A DNA stretch of 64,000 bases from Lama glama (taxonomy: Eukaryota). Location: positions 21,268,001 to 21,332,000 of the forward strand of contig CM052817.1 of assembly GCA_028534125.1 (NCBI GenBank). Reading direction: 5' to 3'. Of the stretch, positions 10,834 through 22,055 are shown one piece after another. The notes beneath the pieces were generated by a model. The model searched no databases. It was not told the origin of the DNA and worked only from the letters and a program-made list of their open reading frames with translations. A program made the translations under genes and the position numbers. The stretch's first letter is position 1. Every line of letters starts with the position of its first letter.

Positions 10834-13725
10834 GCTAGTCTGCCCAAGAAAAAAGATAAAAGATTCATACTGCCATAATCAGGAATGAAAGAGGATACAT
10901 TCTTAACAATTTTACGAGGTAAAAGTATTTTAAAGGAATACTATGGAGAACTCTACATTATAAAATTACATAACAGATAAAATGGACAAATTCCCAGAAA
11001 ATTATGAGCAGCCAAAGTTACTCAAGAAGACATGGAATAGCTGAATAGACCTAGAACAATAAAATAAATTGAATTATTAATTAAAACTTTCTCCCAAAGG
11101 AAAGCTCAGGCCCAGGAAACTTCACTGGTGAATTCAACCAAACATTAAAAAAATTAATTCAATTTTTCACAAATCCTTAAAAATGATAAAGAAAAGAGAA
11201 TATTTCCTTACTTATTCTATGAGGTCAGTATTACCTTGATACCAAAACTAGACAAAGATATATACAAAAAATAAAACTAAAGAACAATATTTGTTATAAA
11301 TGTAGTTACAAAAATCCTTCACAAAATACTTGCAAACCAAATCCAGCAATATATTAAAAGGGTTACACATCAAGGCCAAGTAGGATTTATCTCAGGAATG
11401 CAACGTAGGGTTTAAAATCTGAATATTAATTATTATAATACACCACATCAACAGAATAAAAGAGAAAATCATATGATCATCTAAATAGACATAGAAAAAG
11501 CATTTGACATATCCAACACGCTTTCACAGAAAAAAACAAAAAAACAAAACACAAAAAACCTCAGCAAGCTAGGAATAGGAGATCTCCTCAATTGATAAAG
11601 GGTATCTAAGAAAAGTTCACAGCTAACATCATATTTAATGGTCAAAGGCAGAATGCTTTCCCCTTATGAGCAGCAACAATACAAAATTTTATGCTCTACC
11701 CCTTCCATGCAACATTTTACTGAAGATTCTAACCAGAGAAATGAGACAAGATAAAAAAAAAATTAAGCATCTAGTTTGGAAAGGAAGAGGTGAAACCATC
11801 TCTATCTGCAGATGATACGAGTTTACGATAAAAAATCTGAATGAAGCCACATAAAACTATTAGAACTAATAAACTAGTTCTATAAGATATTAGGACACAA
11901 GATCAATAGACAAGATTGAATTTTATTTCACACTAGCACTGAAAATCTGAAAACTGTATTTAAAAAAACTATTCAATTTATTATGGCATCAAAAAGAATA
12001 AAATACTTAGTGACATATTGAACAAATAATTGCAAAACTTATACTCTAAAATTTATAAAAGATTGCTGAAAGAAACTAAAGATCTAAATAAATGGAGAAG
12101 ACAACCTCTGTTTATGGATCAGAGGCTTATAATAGTAAGAAGACAAAATTCCATAAATTGATCTGAAGGCTTAATCCAACCTCTATGAAAATGTCACATG
12201 GCTTCTTTGTATATTTGACAAGCTGATCCTAAAATTGATATGAAAATTAAATGGATCCTTATTAGCTAAAATATCTTGTAAAAAAGAATGATACGGATAC
12301 TTACATTTCCCAACTTCAAAATTTACTTCAAGCTATAATAAGTAAAGAATGACACTAGTTTAAGTATAGTCATACAGATTAGTAGATTAGAATTGATAAT
12401 CATGAAATAAACCTCAAGTTTATGGTCAATGGACTTTTGACAAAGGTGGTAAGACAATTAAATGGGAGGAAGAAGATTAATAGCTCTTTTAACAAATGAT
12501 GCCAGGACAACTGGATATACACATCCAATAGCCACATTAAATAATTAATTCCATAAAACTGGATGCCTTCCTCATACCATATATAAATTTAAATGAAATT
12601 TATCATAGTCCTAAATGTAAGAGTTCAAACTTAAAAACTCTTAGAAGGAAATACGGGTAAATTTTTGTGCCCTAGGGTTAGGTCAATGATTTCTTATATA
12701 CATATAACCAAAACTGCAAATGACAAAAGAAGAATAATTAAAATTCAAAAAGGTACCATCAAAAAAGTTTAAAGCCAATGCACAGAATGGAAAAAATATT
12801 TACAAATGATATCTCTGATAACATTATATTTAGACTATAAAAAGAACACTTAAAATTCAATAATAAAATGATAAATATTCCAAATAAAAGTTGAGCAAAG
12901 TATCTGAATAAACATTTCTCAGAAATACAAATGGCCATATTAAAAGTTGGTCAACATTGTTAGTCAAAAATGGAACGTAAGTAATTAACACAATGAGGGC
13001 CTGCATCATACCCACTAGGATGACCATAATTTTTTTTTAATTTTTTAAAAATCTACTTACAAATGTTTCTGAGGGTGTGGAGAAACTGGAACACTCACAT
13101 ACTGTTGCACACAAATTGCTCCCTTTTCCTTGGAAAATAGTTGGCATTTCTTCCAAGTTTAAAAATATAGTTTCCATATGTCTCAGCAATCTCATCCTAG
13201 GTATATACCTAAGAGTAATGAAGGCATAAATCCACACAATAACTTCTACATGAATGTTTGTGACACTATTCATAATAGTTCCAAAGTGGAAACCACCTAA
13301 ATGTCTATCAGCTGATGAATTGATGAACAATATATGGTATATCCATAAAATGGAATATTATTAATCAGTGTAAAGGAATGAAGTACTGATGATATAACAT
13401 GGATGAACCTTGGAAACATTCTAAGTGAAATAAGCCAGCCACAAACATCACATATTGTCCAATTCTTTTTACAATTTACATCTTCTTTTAATATCCAGAA
13501 TAGGAAAATTCATAGAAATAAAAAATTATTATGCCTTGAGGAGTTGGTGGTAAATGGAGAGTGACTGCTAAGGATATGTGTTTTTGTATGGAGTAATGAA
13601 CATGTTCTAAAATTTATTAAGGTGATTGTTTTAATTCTGGAAAACAATTTGATGATAAACTAAATTGGTGAGTTGTATGATACATAAATTATATCTCAAT
13701 ATAACTGTTATATAATTTTAAAAAG
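10834..13725 (+). mobile_element. Degraded L1 (L1MB-like): ORF2 RT/C-terminal region and 3'UTR
   Basis: Continuous ORF2 landmarks ('ttcactggtgaattc', 'ttctatgaggtcagtattaccttgataccaaaac', 'gaaaaagcatttgaca', 'ctatctgcagatgatacg' at the RT FADD position) and 3' end 'aattatatctcaata'. Confidence 0.93.
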
Positions 13726-14739
13726 AACACCCTAGTGAAAAGAAAGAGTAGAAGAATTATCTAAAATAGAAACTAATTAAATTGTTAGGTTTTTTGCTAT
13801 AAAACATTGACTAGTGATTCCCTACAGGGAAGCTAGAAGCATATGGAATGTTTGGGCAATTCTTATTCTTATCACAATGCATATTTGGTTTTTTAAAGTC
13901 TTGGGCTATGTTTTATTTTTGCCTGAATTGTCCATACAAGAATTTCTAGTCATATTTTTTACAAAATGCACCATCTTCCCTGAAAACAATTTAGGCTAAC
14001 AAACGCATACAGTTAGATAGGTGCAATATGCTTAAAACATATGTTCATTTTTACATCTTAGATTTCTATTTGGACTTTATAAATGTTCAGACTCTTTCAA
14101 ATTCTAACTTATTATTTGAATATTCTAAGGGATTTGTAAGCAACTCTCTAATATTTTTTAATAACTATGTGATTCTGCAGAAACTAATTAAACACCTGTG
14201 AACATTACTTAAGCTATACAAATTATACTAGAAACCTGTATAAACTCTCTTAGAATTAACATCACAGTAGAATCAATGAGAACAAAACAAATGAGCTAGA
14301 ATAAAAATAAAATCAGAAATCTGGAAACACAGTTCATTGCATTATCTGAAGTTTGAAAATAAAGCTACATGTCTAAACATATGATCTCATAATCAATTAA
14401 AATATTTACACATAACAAAATATACAGAATGGAAACAAATAGAAGTTTCGTGCTAAAGACAATCTCAGAATTAATCAATATGCAGTTGTTTTGCATAGTA
14501 GTATGGGACTCTAAAAATGACGGTGAAAGCTAAAATTATGGAAGATGATCTAATTAATCAGTGTGAAAAATTATAATTGTTCCATCATCTATTAAAATTT
14601 TCAAAATAATAATAAATGTAAAAGAAAATGAAAAACAGAATTAATATTTATTTGATACACTGTTATCTAAAACATGTTACTTATTTAAAAATATACACAT
14701 CAAGAATTATTTGAACAATGCTTGCCTTCTTTTTATCAT

Positions 14740-15475
14740 GTAACTTTTAACATGGAGTGACCATCTTTTCAATGACTCAGCAGATTGTCTTATTCCTTTC
14801 TAAATTTGTATTGGCTACCCATATTATAATCCTTTGTACTTTCAATGTCGTGAAGTATCTCTGACACTTTGATGTAAAATAGTTTGCTGGCGTCACTTTC
14901 TCTAGTACACCTTTATCTTTTTTGTTGCAATCACTTTCCTCATTTTTGTTGGTAAGTCTACTTTCACTATGTTCCTCTAGGGTGTCTAGAAAGGCCAACC
15001 CTATCAACATTTCCAAGGTCAGGTATTTTCTCTATAACTCCATTTATGTTTTAATTATAATTTCTCATTCATGTTATCACTTTTCTTTTCTTGACCACAC
15101 TTTCAACTTCATCAATTACCACTTGAATTATCTATTTTGTAATAAGGGATTTACATTGTCAGATAAGAAACCAGCAAAACTACACACTTCTTGTCTGTGC
15201 ATGAACTGAATAATGGCTGAATAAGGAGCAATCTGACAGACTTGAAAGGAGTGACATGATTTGTTACTGACCGTAGTGTACATCTATTATTTATGTAGTT
15301 AGTGATTCACTTGTAGACTGACATAGCAAAGTTTATACTTTATATAATTACTGACCAATAATATACCATGGGAAGTGAAATATGAACCATGTTATTGGGA
15401 CTGGTGTTATTTAACTAAACTGTGGTAGCTAAAACGTGTGAATATAGCACTGTAGCAATGTGAGGATGATACTGG
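14740..15475 (-). mobile_element. Tigger13-like DNA transposon remnant
   Basis: End 'gggactggtgttatttaactaaactgtggtagctaaaacgtgtgaatatagcactgtagcaatgtgaggatgatactg' resembles the reverse complement of the Tigger13a terminus; ORF 14777-15016 lies inside. Confidence 0.65.
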
Positions 15476-15489
15476 ACTTCACTTGAGAA

Positions 15490-15610
15490 TTCATTAAAAA
15501 TTCAGAATATTAGATCCCAGACAGGACTTACTAAATCAGAACAACTTAAAAAAGATAACTAGGTTATAAATATGTATGTTGAATAAACTTTGAAAATCAG
15601 TAATCTAGAT
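15490..15610. mobile_element. MER5-like hAT MITE remnant
   Basis: 'acttactaaatcagaac...actttgaaaatcagtaatctag'. Confidence 0.45.
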
Positions 15611-15699
15611 TAAAAACTATTACTCACTAACTGATTTTTGTTTATAGTATTTTTATTAGAAATTATCCACCTACAAAAGAACTTAATAGAAAATTAGTA

Positions 15700-16170
15700 A
15701 TACTTATAAAATCACAAGAATTCTTATGATCCCATGCTCCTCTCTCACTTCAAATGTAACCACCATCTTGAAATTTTTATTTAGCCTTTTCATGTTTTTA
15801 TTTATGTATTTTAACAAATATATGTCCTTAAAGTATTTTTCAGTAGTCTATTTTCAATTTTATATGAATGAAATCACACTGTTGGTATTTTCATTCACTC
15901 GCTTTTTTATTCACTAGTATGTTCCTGAGATTCATGCATATTAATTGTATTGCTTTACCTCAGCTCATTTATTTTCACTGTGGGATAAAATTCAATGATA
16001 TGAATATACCAGAATTTATTTATTAATTCTCTAGCTAATGCATACTTAAACTCGGTTCAGTTTGGAGCTAGAAGAACATTACTGCTGTGAAACTTCTTGT
16101 ATGCATCTCTGGAATGTATGTCTAGAAATTGAAATGGCTATGTCATAAATTATATACATAATATGGCTAT
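15700..16170 (-). mobile_element. Ancient L1M 3' region, antisense
   Basis: 'tatgttcctgagattcatgcata...ctcatttattttcactgtgg...gaatataccagaatttatt'. Confidence 0.7.
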
Positions 16171-16574
16171 AAAAGTTTCTAAATATTTACTCTTACCTTA
16201 TGTATTAACTTCATAATGAACTGGTAACAGTACACAGAGTAGTACAAATCTCCACCTATAATTTAAATAGTACTGAATTATAGTGAATTGATTACATTGA
16301 ATTCACTGGGGGAAAAATAAATACAAAATATAGTCAATTACAGATTTTTTTTTTATGCTAGCATTTCATGATTCTTTTCAGCCCAGCCAGCCAATTAGAT
16401 GGATAATGCATTCACAGGCTAGGTTATTTCTATATATTAACTTACTATTTTGCAATTTCAACATTTTTCAGTTGTATGACTATTGCATATCACAAACTGA
16501 TAAATGCTGAATGTGTGTGTGTATGTATATGGCATGGTCTTCATCTCCTCCTAAAACACCAAAGAACAAGTAGA

Positions 16575-16715
16575 GCCATTTACTTAGAAGTTGCCAGCCT
16601 GTCTTAACAACAAGGAAAAAGCCTAACAGACTGAAAAATCAACAACTCCTTGGATCCACAAGAAAGGTAAGAACACAAGGTAAACTGTTGCCTCCAATGT
16701 TAGAGAGACAAGCAT
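16575..16715 (+). mobile_element. Short L1M 5'UTR-like fragment
   Basis: 'cttaacaacaaggaaaaagcctaacagactgaaaaatcaacaactc' resembles old L1M 5' ends. Confidence 0.5.
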
Positions 16716-17689
16716 CTTCTAATTAATTAGATAATTAATTAGGTAGTAGCAAAATTTCTGAAGTTAAATCTTGAAATTGAATTGAATAATGTCACACTTA
16801 GTCCATAAAGAGAGTCAACAGAGAAAATCTGTTATTCTACCACATGCTATCTATAGTTAACCACAAGCATCTAACTCTCATTGGCCAACAAAAGAATGAG
16901 CAAGACTAGGCAGAGTCCACTTCCATTCATCTTCAATCTGTAGAGCAAAGGCTTATTCAGGCCAGGGTACTACCCATGCAGTGAACAGATAGGTGCATAT
17001 CTTTATCTCCCTGGCAGAGAAGACTCAGAGTAGCACGGTGTAGTAGCTTTGTTTAGGACCATGCTGTTTATTTTGGGATAAAAAAAGTACCCTGCTTACT
17101 TCTCGCTTCTCACTGAGCAAAGCACAGCATGGCTTCCCACAGGGTCTTACTTTTGTGCTGCAAAAGCAAATTCAAAGATGCCTTCTACAAAGCCCACAAG
17201 CACTGAGTCAGGGAACTTGGAAAGAGGCTCAGAGAGAATGGCAGCTGCTCAGGAGGGAGAGCACAACCATGGTTACATGTGAGCTGTCCAGATGTGGAGT
17301 TGATATTGCCAATCTGAAAGAGACTAGATGACTGGAGTACATGGGGAAAAAGTCCCAAGTTACCTTTACTTCTGGGACGGTCTTCTGAACTCACGGTGAC
17401 AGCAGAATTCAGTCACTTGTTATCAGTCCCTCGCACACAGTTAGATGACAGCAGTCACCCCATAGTGACCCCCGAAACCCTATGCATAGTGACTTAAATC
17501 AGCATACTCAGTGATACCATGACAAGCACCGAAACCCTCTTTACTGCGATGCAATGCTGTTCTCTGATTTTATGGTGTAACACTATGCACAGAGGGGTCC
17601 TGTGATATTTAGATAACATCATTCCCTTCAATTTGTTGCAAAAGAGTCACTTCAAATACTGAACACCTTAAAAGTCGCAATACTGGTTA

Positions 17690-17880
17690 CATAGTGAGCA
17701 GTTCCTCACTGGCTAAGCCCTGTACTAAATATTTTCCAAATATTATTCATGGAATCTTCACAACTTCTCTATGAGGTAGTATTATCATTACCTTTTACAA
17801 AGAAGGAAACCAATTGTTTAGAGTTTGGAGGGAATAAAATCCAAGCCTATTATTAGTGATATAGCCTGAGGTTTAATCAA
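17690..17880 (-). mobile_element. MIR remnant
   Basis: 'aatcttcacaacttctctatgaggtagtattatcattaccttttacaaagaaggaaac'. Confidence 0.65.
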
Positions 17881-18488
17881 ATTTCTTAAACTTTAAGGTT
17901 TATTCTCTGTAATCAACACGTAATGTTGCTTCCTTATATCAACACTGTTACTTTAACTTTAAATGAATGCCTACTTTATTGAAAATTATGTAAAGAGTCT
18001 GCCCAGACTGCTAATACTGGATAGACAACCATGGACAACCTCAGTGAATATACTAATAATGAGATACGATGAAGAAATTAGTAAGATTAGAAAAAGCACC
18101 CAGGCAATCAAGCAATAATGATATATAAAATATTTGTAATGAAATATTCTAAGGGCTCAAAAATAAACACTAGTAAATATAGTAAGTTCTGCACATAGGT
18201 ATCACTAATCATTAGCTATATGCAATCAATTTCTTCTTTGCAGATGGGAAAAGAAAAATCAGAAATCACAATTTCAATGGAAAATTATAAAAGAAGGGAA
18301 GTTCAGATCATTATCTCTCATACACAAAATTGTAAATTTGGAATTTTTAGTAAATATACTCGGTGCACAGGTATATAAATGCACATTTAACCAGCATTTA
18401 TTTTTTTCCAGAACCTAATAACTTCATCATTATTTAAAACATATCTTGCACTCATAAGTAGACTATGATGTTTTCTTGATTCCTTTTT

Positions 18489-18644
18489 TTTTTTTAATTG
18501 TATTTAATTTTAGGTTTTTTTTTTCTTGGGGGGAGGTAATTAGATTTATTTACTTATTTATTGTTAATGGAGGTACTGAGGATTGAACCCAGGACCTTGT
18601 CAATGCTAGGCATGCACTCTACCACTGAACTATACTCTCCCCCC
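18489..18644 (-). mobile_element. tRNA-derived camelid SINE (Vic-1 type) with 15-bp TSD
   Basis: Same body as 2852-3044 ('ggggaggtaattag...aatggaggtactgaggattgaacccaggacc...ctctaccactgaactata'); TSD tcttgattccttttt at 18474-18488 and 18645-18659. Confidence 0.9.
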
Positions 18645-19869
18645 TCTTGATTCCTTTTTGTTTCTTATGCCATTTCTTGAAAAATTCTAGATTTTCTTGC
18701 TTCCTATTTCTTTTCTTATTAGTAGCAGGGAAGGAGTAAGTAAAATACACATTAATAACCAAGCTGAAGTTATAAGCATACTGGGATTTATCAACAGAGA
18801 CCATATTTCCAACAAGTTGCAAAGCACCTTTTCTGGTATATTTCCTCTAAAACTACTCCTCCCCCAACTCCATCTCTTCTTTCTTCTCTGTCAAATTTCT
18901 TAAAGCTTTTAAAATTCTTATTTTTTCTCTAAGTACCATTCCAAATGCCATCCTCTTCCTACTTAAAAAATAAAATCTCTCATTATGTATTATTTACAAG
19001 CATGTATTTTTCTGTTGTGGCATTGATCGATCTTACTCCACTTTGTCATATATACGTATACACACACACGCACACACACATTTTAGTCTTGCTCTTGCCA
19101 TCACCTTTAATAAATTGCAAATGGTAAAATATTTTTCTAGGTATCTTATATTCTTAGCAGCATTGAGTAGAAAAAGAGTATGGGTATATGACAAAGAATA
19201 AATTTATAATTTAATTAGGCATTAAAAATTAAAAATGGAAAACACTAACTTTTGGCTATGATATACAGTAATATAAAAATAAATTATTTCTCAAATTTAA
19301 TTTGAACGAAATCCCTTTTTGAGGGTTTTAGCAATTCAATAAACTTTCTTATATTAAAATTTAAAAGTTCTCGAAGCTGATAATGTACTACTATTAATAG
19401 ATTGGTCATATAGACTGACTGTAACTCATTATTAATAGCAATGACCACTGTTAAAATGTAACTTTTTATTCCAAGTATGCTGATCCACATGATACAATAA
19501 TAGTTTAAGGTTGTCCAATTGTAAGTATAGATTATTTTTATAGGAAACTATGAATAGTGTTTATTCATCATCAATATTTCCAATTTTTATACCTTTCAAG
19601 ATGGTGAATCTCTTGACATTCTACATGTCTTCTGAAAAATAGTAAGAAACCTCCCTAACACACTGAAAATTCAGGAAGAAAAGAAAAAAACAAGTCTCTT
19701 TTGATAATGTACAACCAAGAGTGAAGCTGCTATAACATGGATGCAGAGTGCAAATTTATAAAATTTGTAAAATGTGACTTGTAAACTAAGAAATCAAAGT
19801 GGCACTAGATTGATAGCTCTACCTTAAATTTAATAGAACCAAGTTCAAAACTTCTCTAATGAAAAGCAC

Positions 19870-20375
19870 TTCCCACCATTTATGACAACATGGGCGAAAC
19901 TTCAGGGCAATACGCTAGGTGAAATAAGTCAAAGACAAATGCTATATAATCTCATATGTGGACTCAGAAGACAAACAAAAAACAAAAACCAGACTCGTGG
20001 AAAAAAGAAATCAGATTTGTGTTGAGAGGTGGGAAGTAGCTGGGAAGTTGAAGGTGTCAAAAGGTGCAAACTTTCAGTTATAAGATGAGTAGGTACGGGG
20101 GGTGTAATCTACCACATGATGAATGTAGTTAACACTGCTGTATGGTTCATGTTAAAGTCAGCAAGAGAGTAGATCTCAAAGTTCTCATTCCAAGGAAAAA
20201 AAAATGTGGTTTTTTTTTTTTGCTTTTTTTATACCTATATGAGATGATGGATGCTAACTAAACTTATTTTGGTAATCATTTTACAATACATGTAAATCAA
20301 GTCATTATGATATATACCTTAAACTTATACAGTGCTATACGTCAATTATATCTCAAAAAATTTGAAAGAGAAAAA
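19870..20375 (+). mobile_element. 5'-truncated L1 3' end (L1MA-like)
   Basis: 'ctaggtgaaataagtc...aaactttcagttataagatgagt...tataccttaaacttatacagtgctatacgtcaattatatctcaa'. Confidence 0.88.
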
Positions 20376-20394
20376 AAGCATTATCTAATTGTAT

Positions 20395-20890
20395 CTTCAG
20401 AATCCCACAGATAATATTGAATAAAAATTATTCTTTAAAAAATTTAACAAATAAGGAAAGACACCATCATAAGTAGAAGTCAGTAAAGACACAGAAAAGA
20501 GTCCAGTAAAATCAATTCTTAGGTTTAACAGTTACAGATATAAAATATCTCCACATATTAGTTTTTAAAATAAAAAACATAAAAATAAGCAGGAAATAAA
20601 ATATCAAAAGGAAGAAAGTAGATTTTAAAAGTTCCAATAAGTACCTTTAGAAATAAAAAATGATTACTTATTAACAACTAAATAGATATGTTCATAGCAT
20701 ATTAGGCAAAACTGAAGAATTACTAAACCAGAAAACATAACTAAAGAAATTATGCAGAATTTAGCTCAGAAATATGAGATAAAAAATAGGAAACAGAGAT
20801 AAGAGAAACAGAGAACAGAATTACAAGTGTAACATAAGTTACTATGATTCCACAAGCACAAAAGAGAGCTATTGAGCCAGAGAAAGTATT
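20395..20890 (+). mobile_element. Ancient L1/HAL1 ORF1-like fragment
   Basis: A-rich, 'tttagaaataaaaaatg...gcatattaggcaaaactgaagaattactaaaccagaaaac' resembles the ORF1 coiled-coil region. Confidence 0.5.
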
Positions 20891-21129
20891 TGTTATAATT
20901 TATAATGTTATCTCTTAAAACAATATTTAGATCCTCTCAGTAATGTATATTAATAGTATCAAATATTATTCATGTTGTTTCTACACTTATTTCTCTGTGA
21001 ATATCCCTGTCTCTATCTTTGTCTTTATTCATCCGTCATCTACAAAAGTGATTGACATGAATTATTTAATATTGCAAAACATGCATCTGTTGTGAATTCA
21101 ACACTAATTCCTGTATACTACTGAATACA

Positions 21130-21298
21130 TACATTCTTCTAGAAGAAAGTAATTTTCCAGAGTGCTTAACATTCTTTTTTTTAATCCTCTTTGAGTCAAT
21201 TCAGTAGTATACAGTAGTATACAGGAATTGACTCAAAGAGAATTAAAAAAAGAATGTTAAGCACTCTGGAAAATTACACTTTCTTCTAGAAGAATGTA
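21130..21298. repeat. Long near-perfect inverted repeat (73/74-bp arms, 22-nt loop)
   Basis: Arm 21130-21202 is the reverse complement of 21225-21298 apart from a 2-nt indel, a 1-nt indel in a T/A run and one substitution. Confidence 0.97.
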
Positions 21299-21762
21299 CG
21301 CTATTTATGCTATTTGGTATATTAATTAAATTGTGTTTTCCCCTACCTAAGTGTTTCAATCATTCAAGACATTCTCACCCTCAGAAGTAATCTCTGTGTT
21401 CTGTTTAAGTGGAGGCACATGACAATCTGATTAGGTACATTTTTTTGTTTTTTTTTCTCAAGGATTTAAGACAAGTGATGTGGAAAGTAGCTTAAACAGG
21501 TCTAGTTACGAGAGTGGCTGTTGAGAGTTATGGGTCATAGGTGCCATCAGTGAGTCTGGAAAGAGAAAGCTACTCATTCTTAAAGAATGTCTTGTTTGTA
21601 TAATTGTGATACTGTAGCACTTTCTAAGTGTAGTGCTCAGGGCAAGGGCCTTTCCTGACTGGTCTAAGAGTGGTACCAAACATGACTTGGAAGAATAATA
21701 TACCGAAATGAAGATCAAGTTTATTTCTAGTAGGGAAAGAGTGTATGCTTCATCTATATTGG

Positions 21763-22055
21763 TGTCTTAGATCACTTGGACTGCTAAAACAGAATACTAG
21801 GGTGCTTATAAAAACAGAAATTTACTTCTGACAGTTCTGGAGGCTGGGACGTCCAAGATCAAGGAATCTTCTAACTCTGACCTCTGAGGGGCAAGGGAGC
21901 TCTCTGGGTCTATTTTATAAGGCACTATTCCCATTCAAGAAGGTTCCATCTTCATGACCTATATATTTCCCAAAGGCCCTCCTCCCAATACTATCACATT
22001 GGGGATTAGACTTCAACATAAGAATTTTGGGGGTAAAAACATTCAATCTACAGCA
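21763..22055 (-). mobile_element. MaLR LTR (MLT1A-like)
   Basis: 'tgtcttagatcacttggactgct...cagttctggaggctgggacgtccaagatcaagg...cttcaacataagaattttggggg...caatctacagca'. Confidence 0.85.

Noticed and set aside
10306..10878. Longest ORF (190 aa) and overlapping antisense ORFs
   Set aside because: Lie in a GC-rich L1 5'UTR-like block and run into ORF2-derived sequence; no recognisable domain
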